Program-made: the position numbers and the translations under genes
The notes under the pieces: model-generated
What the model saw: the letters and a program-made list of their open reading frames with translations, nothing else
Database searches by the model: none
What the model was told of the DNA's origin: nothing
Shown: piece by piece, positions 39,601 to 50,770 of the stretch
How the letters are laid out: every line of letters starts with the position of its first letter
How positions within the stretch are numbered: position 1 is the stretch's first letter
DNA from: Laetmonice hystrix
Lineage: Eukaryota
Reading direction: 5' to 3'
Assembly: GCA_965235115.1 (NCBI GenBank)
Contig: OZ249452.1
Location: 13,392,001 to 13,456,000 of the forward strand
Length of the DNA: 64,000 nt

Positions 39601-42600
39601 TTATAAACTACACCACCACCGGTGTATGTGAAGGTACGTCACATACTCAATACTGCTACCACAATGTACTCCATGTACTACTGCATGTACTACCACAAGT
39701 ACTACTACTACTGTAAAACTCCTACGAGCGAGGGAGGGAGTGAGCCATATAGGGGTCGGTATGCCAGCACACTTGTGGAGAGAAAGAAATTGAGAATGAG
39801 AGAGGGAGAGAAGAAAAACAAAGAGAGGCAGACAGAGAGTGATATAGAGAGATTAACCGTTATAGAGACTCCTATCCTCCCTTTTAAACTGCTTCTCGCA
39901 GGAACAATAACTTAATCAGGGTTATGATCTCCTACATCTTTGACAGCATTGCTCTCCTCAAGCGGTTTTAGTAAAGAACTACAAACCCTCGCTCCAATTG
40001 AATATTGGCAATGACTCCACAGATCAAATCTAGGCAAACCCAACTATGATGTCTAACACTGTATTATACATGTACATGCAAATGGACCAAACCGGGAGGG
40101 GCAGGATAGTGCAGTACTTTTCCAGCAGTATCTTGACCTCCAACGCAAATGGAAGGTCAATATTGATTGTCAACGTCGGAAAAGTGCGTCCCCGTGATAA
40201 GGCACAGTCTATGTGGTCAATATCCCCCTACAACCACTACGGCTCATCCTGGAGTTTGACAAGTAGGGGCCGTTGACCACTAGACACATGTCCAGTCAAT
40301 CATGTCTGTCAAGACACTCACACCCCTAGTGGTCAACACTTAGCCCTTTTCCGGTTGACCAGTCTGCTGCAGTCTGCATCATTAGGCTTTTAAGTGGATC
40401 AGTGGTGTTCGAATCTAGATCCGCAGGCTCGAGGCCAGGGTCGCGGTGGAGGCTTTTAAGGGGGTGGGGGCAACCTAAAATATAGGAAGGTCCAAAAGGC
40501 CAAATTTTTTAGACGAGATATTTATGGATATTTGGTCCTAAAATGATCGTGGACAAGATGTCAGCCTTGATTGCTACAATTATTCATGCAGTTTTAGTCC
40601 TGATTCTGTTAATATTTTGAAAAAGGTCCAAATCTCCCTCTCCACCCAGTATTATGGGCTGGCTAAGGGTCTTAAGGGAGAGGTTTTGTGCGAAAGAAGA
40701 CAGTGACGTCATAGCGGCATAGGACACATCTGTCCGACACACAGTTTCTTTGTCACCTCGATGCACATTTGACCAGAACTGAGCAGTCTCTCGGATAACA
40801 AGGGCCCGCCCTCGTCAGTGATTATAAGGTACAGGGTAATTGGTTGTCATATTACACATCCGGGGGTATTACCAGATCGGACGAATCAGAACGCACAGCA
40901 TGGTAGAAGGACAGAAGAATCGGTCAGACAGGTGAACTACAGTTACACCAGTGGCGCTTTTAAGTAAATGTTTCTATGGTGAAGCGTTGTAAGTAGTACG
41001 TCGAGTTGGGAGTAACGCTATAACATTGGGGCAGTACCTTGAGTCAGTTCTGGGATACAATGTGGCAATTCCCTTCAGTACCCGCCTCAATTATTGCTGC
41101 CCTGACCAGTGTATGAGTGCGCCTATTATTATGGATATAGTCATAGGGATGTAATTGTCCGCGACATGTGAATAGATGCAGTACAAAGCTGCTCCTGCCC
41201 CCATGACGGGCAGGGCTTGCTCCCTGAGCCTTTCACTAGTGACAGATGGCACTGCTGCTCACAGACAGTGTTAGGTTGGCTGACTTATATAATTGGACGA
41301 CTGGAACTGTGAGGATCTGTAAGCCCACCCCGATTAGGGACGGTCCAGTTTGATGTCCTGCCGTCGGAGGCGATGGTCATTAGGACCCTGATATGACCTG
41401 AGGGTCAGTCAAGGGGGCAGGACACGTCACCCAGTGGTCAGCAGGGCCTCGACCCCCCTGACACCAGGCCATAATGTTTCATCAGATTCGGTGGGCGATA
41501 ATCGATGGATTTAACACCAACCGATGGCGAGCTCCTGTCCTCGTAAATTGATTAATGCTCATCGCTACATTTGAGAGCATTTCATGTAGAAAATTGGACG
41601 GAATGTGCGTGTCACACAGTATGGCGTTATCATGAAGATCACAGTCTTAAAGAGGGAGAGAAAGAGACTACCCTTACAATAAATATTCCATGGCACAATA
41701 AAATATAGGCTGCGATCCACTGTTAAATCCTTCGGTTTGGTTGCTTCAGGCATTTTCATTGCAAAGTGGATTAACTCCATGGCTAATCAGTTTAAATAGA
41801 AATAAAATAAAGTGGTTCGCATTTAGAAATTGGTCCCCCTGGGTTGGTGGACGATTCTTGCCCACTCCCCTCTGTTCCAATCTCACTGCGGTATGGCTTG
41901 CCCTGAAAGTCTCAAGTTTCTGTGAGGTCTTACAAGGAGACTTTGGAAAGCGTAGCAAGCAGTTGGATATGTGTAGACTGATTAGCTCGATGAATTGAGA
42001 TAGAAGTCTAATGATGCTCCCTCTGATGGAGGTGTCGTCTCTCTCAAAGGACACCGCTATTTCTATCGGATACAGGGACTTGGTGATGACAGGTGGGGGT
42101 GTGCTTAGATTGGGTTTCATTTGTATACTTCGTTATTGGCGTGACTCCGGTGACACAGAGCCAACTGTTGTTGTTCTATAACGCAGGTGTTGTGATGCCG
42201 ATCTCGCCTCTCCTGTCCGGGTTTGGTTTGTCACGGTTGGGCCAATCAATTAACATGAAAAGCTCATCGGGCCAGAATAGGATAGGGGTTCCGACACGAT
42301 TCATTGTTAGCAGCTTCGGTTTCCGATAAATGACAAACCGCTGTTCATTTTATTAAAGCGTGATTTGAGAAAGCCATATCAAAGCTAAGATTCCACGTTC
42401 TTGGGATCAGTTGAAACAAGGGTGGTGGTGGTGGGTCGGGGCATGGGGTTACGTCCTATCGAGAACTGTTAGCCTTTTCCTTTTTTCCTGTCTGGAGATG
42501 ATGACATGAGATAGGAGAAACCCGGACACTTGATACAAGGGAATCTATATTCATAAAAGTCGTTTTACCCTTTATATCATGACTGTCATCGTTAAGACAA

Positions 42601-45600
42601 AGACTGTCTTGAAGTAGAACATTCAGATAGTTTAACAAAAGGGACCGGCGCCCATTGTCTGTGAGTACTGGTGTTGTATGTACACAACTGCCTACTGAGG
42701 GCATCATCTGTTACCTGTAGGTTCTGCTCGCGGTCAGTCCCCCCTGACCCTCCACGGGAGAACACCACAGGAGACAGCCATTTATGTCCTTCACACAAGG
42801 TCAAACGGTGCTTTCCTTGACCATTGCCCCCGCCATGTTAAATAGGGCACGTTTGTTTGACGGCAGATTTCCGCCGAGGTGTGTTTTGTCCGGTGTTTTT
42901 TACCCCTCCTGTCACGGCCTGGGTGTATGCCGAGGGTAAGAACCCCAGCTGGGGTATGGGGTTGACAAGCGGCTGCCTTGGCTGACCATTGTCAGGGTGC
43001 AACGCGAGCCTCACGACAACCAGGTGTTCGTCACGCGGCCGCAGCCGGGGGGAACGCTGACCATTGTGACGTCATGGAAGACAAACAAAAGCTTGGCACA
43101 CGACCACTGAGAACGGCACGTGCCGTGGTAGAGCCCCTGAAACGGCACGTCTGTTACGTAACAGACGACGGCCTCATTGTGGGAGGAAACAGGATACCCG
43201 GTTGACTAAATAAATACATACATTCATAAACTGATTTTAGCATGAGCCCTGCTTTACCTTCCTTCTCAAGGTAAATGATATGGGAATCCAGGGAGAGAGA
43301 GACAGAGGGACATAGAGAGACAGGCAGAGGCAGAATGAGGGACATACAGAGAGAGAAAGAGACAGACAGGCAGAGAGACAGATAGAAACAGAGATAGACA
43401 GAGCCGCCTTGTTGTTGTGGAGGAGGGGGTAAGGTGAGTCTAATAGAACAAAGAATGACACTGCCAGTGATCGAACGCCCCCTGGCGGTGGTACTCATCA
43501 GTTGATGGCCGCCATGGCCGGACATCGTCTGCAAGGTTTCTATCATCGCAAACTTCATCCGCCACCGCCGTACGTGCTCCCTCCGGCGCATTCCATTATC
43601 TCAACCCCCTTGTTGTGCCGGACAATGGTCAGTCTCACGGACAGGTGCAAGCGACTGACCAGCCAAGGTCACTGTCCTGAGCTCTTATGAAGGACGGACA
43701 GTCAGGCACCTGGGTTTGGCGACCACCACGCCCCTACCGGCCAAACGCTGTACTATCTTTGTGATCACAAAAAGCCACGCCAGACGTAACTTCAGTGTTT
43801 AGTTTCGTATTTTCCATTAGTTGTTTACGATGATTACGGTATGAAAAACCAGTTGGGCAGGTTGTAATTGTGAACCCGTATTTACACGTTTAAAGGTGTC
43901 AACCCCCCTTTTCCCCCACCGGTCGAAAATAATGAAATAATTATCAACGTCTGGCCACCTCAACTTCCGAAAATCAGTGGTGGTCAGTCTGAAAGGCCAT
44001 AGGAGTTGACAGTTCGGAAATGTAAGACAGGCATTAAACACCGGTATTGGGAAGCCTGGGCAGGCACCTATCTGACAACTGCGCCCAACGTCCGGTGCCC
44101 TACGCATGCCCCGTGGCCACCTGTCAATCAAGGGGACCCCTCCCAAAAATGCTCATTACCGGTAATGTCAATCAATGTCTATTTTAAAATTAGTTTTCAA
44201 CGTCCTCCCTGACGCCCCCTAAATTATTTAATCAAAAAGTCCCGGGGTTTCGTCTGCGGTCCTCTCAATCCGCGCGTTTATCTCATCAAGGCAGACGACT
44301 TTCTGACATGGCCTTTAACTAGCTTGGACAACTGGTGACCTTTCCCAACAAAATACGCTTCAAAGTTTCCCTTTGAATTAAGGAAACAATTCTTGTCAAC
44401 GTGTCATAGACTCTCACAGATGTCTGCTGAAAATGGTTGAACTAAAAGTGGAACTAAAAGAAGGGAAAACAAGGAAATCGACTAAATAAACAAAGCAGAC
44501 GCTGTTGATTGACACTCATTTCCATTCTTGTATTTCGGCTGTACTGCTGTTCTGTCATGTGAACATGTATTTTCCTGAATTTCACGAAGACATTTAAAAC
44601 CGATCATAGATCTGTCCCTGGTGAAAACAAGGGGACTGTCTGTCTCATAGGTAAACAGGATTTAACTTGAGCAAGACCTTTGAAACCTTCTCCATGAGGA
44701 GGATTCCACTTGAGTTAAAGGGCCGACGTTTTCAAGTCGGCTGATAAGCACCTCGACTGCAGACGATTAACCTTCTTGAGTAGTCCTGTCTGAGAACTTT
44801 CTGTTCGTGAGGCCAAGGTGGACTCCCTGATCATATAACTTAGATACGTCAGATTGACATTCTTGAGGTGAGCATTTGATGAACACACCTCCTTGCCTGT
44901 GACAGGTGTTCTTTTGGTAGGCCGTTCTATTCCTGAATTAATTGGAAATCAGTACCGTAACTGCTGTCTTTTTATAGCAACCGCTGAGTAGTGTTATATT
45001 CAGCACGCTACCCTGGGACCCAGTATGGGTTCTTCTGGCTTCTGCGGGTATTTTGAGAAACTCCACATTTCAGGATCATTTGTAGACATAACGGGCAGTA
45101 GTCATTGAGACAGTGCATAGCAGATCTAACATAGTCGGCCTAATGAAGTCAGAGTCCACTGGCAAATAAGGTGGTGTTTCTTGTTAGATGGACATATGTT
45201 CCCGCGATGAAGAAGATTTGCAATTGTAGCCTACGCTGTTTAGGCCTACTGAAAGCGGGCGCTAATATTAGGCTTAGACCAACATATAGGCCGAGGCAAG
45301 GCCTCTACTAGTAGGGGCGCTCATGGTTGGGGTTTGGGCCTAATGGGGGGTGGGGGAGAACTTCGTATTATTTACAAGACGTGGATCTCCTAACATGATC
45401 CCATTGGCCCTGGCGCCAACACAGTTCTCCCTGGCAATGTCCTTTAAAGATACCTCTTGCTCCAGTTGGAAAGAATGGGCGAGTGTTGATGGTTTACGCT
45501 CTGTCGGCATGTAAAGCCATCTTCACGACGACACCGTAAAAGGAATCAATTGTTTGCCCACAGGAAGCTCCCTTTGGAAACAAACAGACGAGATATAGCA

Positions 45601-48600
45601 TTCACTGAGGGAGTGTTGACCGTCCTTGACCTAGTTTGGTACAGAGTTCACGTCGCGGCCACTGAGCGAGTGGTGACGGCGAGAGGTTGAAGCTCTGGCA
45701 TGCAAGCGTCTCACTGACCGCCCTGACCCCTGGCGGCCGACTGGCAGCTGACATGATCCCAGCCCACTCAGAGCGTCCGGCCATATGTGACGTCATCACG
45801 ACACAGACGTATTTATGGGCCTGGTATACAACATATGTTGTGTCAAGGGACAGTAGGAGGACAGGGGAGTAGATCTCAACAAAACACGAAGCAGCAATTA
45901 CGCCAAGAGAACTCATCAGTGACCATTCTGCGCAACCTGAGAATCCCGACAGTGGATTTTAGTTGATGAGTCTCTCTAAGACGTTTATTTAAACACTCTA
46001 TTGAAACTCAAGTTCCCAAGGTAGACACTCCATTGAAAGTCAAGTTCCCCAGGTAAACACTCCATTGAAAGTCAAGTTCTCCAGTTAAAAACGCTATTAA
46101 AAGTCAATTTCTCCAAGTCCTTCATTCTGAGGATACTTTGATCTGAGCACCATTCGCAACACTTTGTAATATTTCCAAATAGCTAATTTTCTTGCCGGCC
46201 TAGTTTATGTAAAATGCTTAGTTTTATTGAGATTTGGAGCCAGTGACAAAAACACTGACACAACTTGGCCTAAGTCTTCCTAATAATTAAATATCCTATG
46301 AAATACTTGTATCTCGTACGAACGAACAAGGAATTTTAGAGGAAGGCGTGCCGGCAGCAGGCTATGTTTATAATTTGCCTTTGCCACACCACTCACAGAC
46401 TCGCAGTTTGCTAAGGTCAGCTCAAGGTCGCACACCAGAGAAAGCTGCGTTTAGAGTTATCATTAGGATTAGGGAATCACCCATAGATCCTGACACTAAA
46501 GTTGGAAGGATTTGGCAACACACCAACTGTCCCAAACCCGGGGAGGCCAAGCGTCCAGAGTGGGGGTTAGACCTGACCGTGCAGAGGGGGACCTGGGTAC
46601 CATGGTCTGAACAGCGTCATGGATCAATCCCGACCAGGAATGTTCAGAGTCGTTCACACAGGAATGTTCAATCCTGTTCACGAGGTAATCAGAGCGGCAA
46701 GACAAGGTAAATAGTCAGAATGAATGACTTTTTGAGCGATACGAATCGCTGCACATGTTTTATTTTCAGCCTTTAATGTGAAGCTCCTCATCTATCTTCC
46801 TGATGGATTCCTCTATGATTGTGTACTTGGTTTTTAAATGGTCGGAATCTTTTATTCATTTCCAAAAATTGATTTGTGATTGATTTACTATTAAATACCT
46901 TTCCCGGAACCCTGGCTCCATTAGTAACGGACTCTTACAGGTCCTGCAATATCCCAGGACAAATTTTCAAGAACTTTTAGAGACATTCCCAACACAACAC
47001 GTATAGTTTATATAGACGACCGCCTGATTTTGCCGACTGTCCCCCAAAGGTTCTACAGCAGGGGAAGAGTTCCTCGAGCTGGTACCCATGCCACCACTTG
47101 GCGACGTGTCGGTTGATCTGATTGAAGAACCGACTAAAACTTGACAAAGGTCAGTGATGGGTCAGGACTTTCCGCTCGAGTTGTCCGCCCCAGTCGCCCA
47201 CCACCACCACCGCCCGGGGGTAGGACACGCACCCCTTTGTGGGGTTGTGATCGGAGACACTGGGACGTGTATATCTTCGTAACCTTGGGACACAACCTTG
47301 TCATGCTGCCTCGGGAAGGTCCGGGGACGGCTCGTCCACGTCCCGACGGGACGCTCAGGCCTGGGGCTGGGATGAAGATCTTCCCAGACACAATTTCCCA
47401 TTCTACTCTTCAGCTGGTTTCTTGCCGTCTTTTGACTCTCACAATTGTACATCACAGCTAGGCTATCAACGTTGACTGAAACTATCCCCATGGCATGACC
47501 TCAGATGATTGCATGACTTCAAGAGTCACCTTTCAAAATAAAACAAAAATACTACAACCTGCCATTTAACACTCAACCTTGTTCGAGGCAAAAGAATCCC
47601 CGAGACCCTCTGCAAGCCATAGTATCTGATAGGAAACCATCGGCTATGGGCTCAATATCTCCCCTTTTCCTGTGTAGCCAAACAAGATGCGATTGTATTG
47701 GCCAATTCGGCACCGCGCTCCAGCCACCGTGGCGCCCCTCTGCGGACAAAGTACGCAACTATCCGTCACGTAACGCATGGCGACCTTGGCAATGACTGAA
47801 GAGGCCACAGAGGTCATGGAGGATCCGGGTCATGTACATGTAGGGTATAGGGTATACGTACATTGTCTCTGAGCGTTACCGTGTCGCCTGTTTGGGTGAG
47901 AGTAGACGCAGATGTCTGTCTGCAGACAGCAGGGTCGAAGGGGAAGGCGTACGGAAATGAAACGGTCTTGGCAGAGGTCATCAATGTAGGCTACGTCTAA
48001 TAATAGGCCTATTCATCATATCGTATCAGGGTGTCTGTGGGGGAGGGTGATTGCGAGTGCCTACTTGTTGTGGTTGTGAGTATGGTTGGGTATGTGGTTT
48101 GGTGAAGGGTGTTATGGTGACGTCAGATGGGGGTTATGACGTACAGATCTAACCCTGAAACCCACGTTCAAGAGGGTTGACTAATGTTATGAGAGGCACT
48201 TGTCAACAAGAACATATTTCTTCCAGTTTAAGCTGGTAAAAAACCCTTTTCCAGAATAACTAGGGGGAGGGGGCGGTTCCAATGTCCTCCATTGACAGTC
48301 TACAAGTTGTGATGCCAAAAAAGCTTAACAATAAATAAGCTAAATGGAATATAAATTAGTAAACTAACCTGGACATTTCTTTTCTGTTGACAGGGTTTCT
48401 TCCGACGAACGATCCAGAAGAATCTGCAGTACCACTGCAAATGGAACAACGGATGTGTCATTGACAAAAATACCCGTAACCAATGCCAACAGTGCCGCTT
48501 CAGGAAGTGTATATCGGTTGGCATGGCAACGGATCGTAAGTATTTACCGGAAAGCTGTTTCAGGAGGAATGTAACACGCTGCGCTGCAGTGAAGAATTAA

Positions 48601-50770
48601 ACAAAAATCAGAATTGAACAAAATAAGTGGTAATTTGGAGACCTTGGGGCCCTTTCCCGTGAGCTTTTCTAAGTGGGTATGTACTTTTCTAACTGTACTT
48701 TTCTAAGTTTATTAAGTGTACTTTGCTAAGTGTACGTTGTCCTCTTCCGCTTTAGTCGTACTCAACGAGAAACAACGAGTGGCCAAAAGGAGGCTAATTG
48801 AGGACAATCGCGAGCGCCGCCGAGCGGAGCAGACGAGAATGAAGATGAAACATGAGCAGTGTTACCACGACTGTTTGACTGACGAGGACCGATCCCTTAT
48901 CTCCGATATCGTGGCCGCCTACGAGCAGACATCAATCAAAATCACCAAAACATATACAATTGTAAGTCCAGCCTCGTCCTTCACTTGGGAAGGCAATGAG
49001 TCAGGGGAAATTGTCCTTTTCTGGGCGCCTAAAATCAGGCTTCTTTCCGAGCTTAGCGTCCCATTGCAGACTCCTTAATGATCTAAGTGGTGTAAGTCGG
49101 GTTGAGTCTTACCAGTATCATTTCTTTCACGGACTCTTCTGACCCGGAACATGTTCATCAAAGGCTTTGATATGTCCAGCCGTGTCTGTGAGACAGGATA
49201 GTAGAAGATCTCTGGGAACTTTTTGTAAAAGAGTAGGGAATTGCCTCCCAGTGGCAGGTTTCTTTCTCAGTTCATTCTCATATGGCTGAAATACTGCCGA
49301 AATACGTTCTCTTCACTTACTCGTCTTCTGTCTGTACACAGCCTGACCGGGAGAGTGTGAAGGACAAGATGGAGCGAACAGACCCCGAGGTGTGGCAACA
49401 ACTGGCCGAAGTCATGACCCCATCTATAGTGAAAGTTGTAGAATTCGCCAAGCGAGTTCCTAGTTTTATTCAGGTAGGTGCACATACGAGATGTAGTCTG
49501 GGTCACCTCTGTACACCTATTCTATATCACCCCTCTACTGCCTGCGTGTCACTCAGTGGTCGGGTTGGGCCCTTCTATGGTACGATTTATATCACGTAGT
49601 GATAGGCAATCAGTGGCTTTTGGCAGAAGGCGGGGAGGGCATTAGGCAAAGCCCCTCTAGTGTCTACAATACTAGATGCAAAAATACGACAAATGTGGTA
49701 AATACCCTCCATGATTTTAAACATCCTATATACCATAACATTCAGCCCTGATTTAGTTCTGATATTAACCTCTGTCAGCGGGGGTATTGGTGTAACATAA
49801 TTGTTGTGATGTAAGTTCTTTAGTTCTGATATTAACCTCTGTCAGCGGAGGTATTGGTGTAACATAATTGTTTTGATCTAATTGATGTATTTTCCTCTCC
49901 ACCAGTTGAACGTAGATGACCAGATCCTACTCCTCAAGTCGTGTTGCATGGAGATTATGTGTCTACGTGCTGCGTGCCGCTTCAATGTGGAAGATCAAAC
50001 CCTTACCCTGCAGAATGGCCTAGTCCTTAGTAAACCTCAGTTAGCCCAGGGAGGCCTGGGACTGCTAGTAGAACCTATATTTGAATTTGCTATGGGGTTA
50101 GCAAAGCTACAACTCGATGAAACTGAGATAGCTCTACTAGCGGCAGTTTTGTTAATGCAATCAGGTACGTGCGCATAAGGTTGTATGTAAATGTATACAC
50201 CTTCTGTAGGCTCGTAGTGAGGAAGGTGCTGCAAACGCTAGGTTTTTCCAGGTCAAGAACTATGAATTGCGTAGAGTTCTGATCACTTGTATAGACTAAG
50301 ACTATATGAAAGGGCAAAATCTAGTAAGTCCAAAAATGGGGCTAACTCAAATTGGACAAAAATTTGACTTACTAGGTTTTTCCAAATCACTGTAGATTTG
50401 AACTCAGACTCAAATTTATGTTAACCTTGGCATAACTTATATGAAGAAAGTCACAATAAACTCCAGTATATACCCTAGTGTAGCCCACTGTTGATAATCT
50501 GTTGTTTCTCTTGTTGTTGCAGACCGGACGGGTCTAAAAGAACCCGAGGCTGTAGAAAAAGTCCAGGACGCCATCCTGGGTGGATACAAACGTTACATAG
50601 CTGAACAACGTCCCTCTCAACCCGTTCACTGGGCCAAAATCCTCATGAAAGTCACCGACCTCCGAACGATCTCAACCCGCCACGCCGAGCGTGTGCTCTG
50701 TATCAAACTGGACTCACCCGGAGACATCCCACCCCTATTCTTGGAAATGTTCGACGAAGGTGGAAAATGA
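6590..50770 (+). CDS. TR: Thyroid hormone receptor (NR1A), spliced: join(6590-6641,31864-31938,32089-32172,32898-32921,39350-39465,48394-48535,48756-48961,49342-49473,49906-50164,50523-50770); 445 aa
   Basis: Joined exons total 1338 nt with one open frame. TR hallmarks: YIPSY before the DBD, P-box CEGCKG, T/A-box [29 protein letters not shown]5 [15 protein letters not shown]-2 PPLFLEMF. Exons from 39350 onward are secure; the four upstream exons are inferred from splice consensus and phase. Confidence 0.93.
9724..10238. mobile_element. hAT-like MITE, 515 bp
   Basis: 12-bp TIR CAGACCTGCCAA/TTGGCAGGTCTG; repeated subterminal AAACC(G/T)GG motifs at both ends; flanking direct repeat TTTAATG (7 bp; hAT normally 8). 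Confidence 0.7.
10767..10829. repeat. ~21-bp tandem repeat, 3 copies
   Basis: AATAAAGGACATGAA...TAG. Confidence 0.85.
12919..13094. other. Assembly gap (176 N)
   Basis: Run of N. Confidence 1.
16878..16894 (+). promoter_or_regulatory. DR5 element AGGTCA-aaccc-GGTTCA
   Basis: Exact RGKTCA-N5-RGKTCA, flanked by TTACGTCA at 16853-16860 and 16897-16904. Confidence 0.55.
17288..17304 (+). promoter_or_regulatory. DR5 element GGGTCA-gggaa-AGGTCA
   Basis: Exact consensus. Confidence 0.5.
18079..18814. repeat. 58-bp minisatellite, 12 full units plus partial ends
   Basis: Unit CATGAGTTTCAAGGCGCGTACCTGGAGACTACTACCTTAATCCTTGTCACYTTTAWAA starting at 18113, 18171, 18229 and on to 18751. Confidence 0.97.
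21504..21712. repeat. 21-bp minisatellite, ~10 copies
   Basis: Unit ATTTTCTTACCGTAATACAAA. Confidence 0.95.
23763..23779 (+). promoter_or_regulatory. DR5 element GGTTCA-tgctc-GGTTCA
   Basis: Exact consensus. Confidence 0.5.
31864..31938 (+). CDS. TR: TR A/B-domain exon ([25 protein letters not shown]), 75 nt, phase 1-1
   Basis: Acceptor tgtttcag|, donor |gtatgt, open in the TR frame. Confidence 0.7.
32089..32172 (+). CDS. TR: TR A/B-domain exon ([28 protein letters not shown]), 84 nt, phase 1-1
   Basis: Acceptor ttttattccacag|, donor |gtacgt, open in frame. Confidence 0.72.
32898..32921 (+). CDS. TR: TR candidate 24-nt micro-exon (KGLRKGDP), phase 1-1
   Basis: Acceptor tttgtttgcttgcag|, donor CAG|gtactg, frame-preserving; short, so a chance match is possible. 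Confidence 0.5.
37276..37487. mobile_element. TA-flanked MITE, 212 bp, with perfect 47-bp TIRs
   Basis: 37276-37322 is the exact reverse complement of 37441-37487; TA on both sides; GAGTCGGCCAC occurs twice within each TIR. Confidence 0.85.
39350..39465 (+). CDS. TR: TR DBD first zinc finger exon ([39 protein letters not shown])
   Basis: C4 finger with EGCK P-box; donor AAG|gtacgt; alternative in-frame acceptors give starts at 39299, 39308 and 39317. Confidence 0.97.
45991..46117. repeat. ~32-bp tandem repeat, 4 degenerate copies
   Basis: AAACACTCCATTGAAAGTCAAGTTCYCCAGGT-like unit. Confidence 0.8.
47148..47164 (+). promoter_or_regulatory. DR5 element AGGTCA-gtgat-GGGTCA
   Basis: Exact consensus, in the intron splitting the DBD. 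Confidence 0.5.
48394..48535 (+). CDS. TR: TR DBD second zinc finger exon ([47 protein letters not shown])
   Basis: Acceptor tttctgttgacag|, donor |gtaagt; canonical NR1A motif. Confidence 0.97.
48756..48961 (+). CDS. TR: TR hinge / helix 1 exon ([23 protein letters not shown]...KTYTI)
   Basis: Acceptor cttccgctttag|, donor |gtaagt; TR A-box motif. Confidence 0.95.
49342..49473 (+). CDS. TR: TR LBD helix 3 exon (PDRESVKD...[19 protein letters not shown])
   Basis: Acceptor tctgtacacag|, donor CAG|gtaggt; NR signature [11 protein letters not shown]. Confidence 0.95.
49753..49877. repeat. 58-bp direct repeat (67-bp period) just upstream of an LBD acceptor
   Basis: TTAGTTCTGATATTAACCTCTGTCAGCGG... 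at 49753 and 49820. Confidence 0.9.
49906..50164 (+). CDS. TR: TR LBD helix 4-8 exon ([18 protein letters not shown]...AAVLLMQS)
   Basis: Acceptor tttcctctccaccag|, donor CAG|gtacgt; DQILLLK and GGLG motifs. Confidence 0.97.
50523..50770 (+). CDS. TR: TR terminal coding exon, helices 9-12 (DRTGLKE...[12 protein letters not shown]...[13 protein letters not shown])
   Basis: Acceptor ttgttgttgcag|; TGA at 50768-50770; AF-2 helix intact. Confidence 0.97.

Noticed and set aside
48962-49341. Extra exon between the hinge and helix 3 exons
   Set aside because: Flanking exons join in phase 0 with a plausible helix 1-3 distance; no strong splice pair found.
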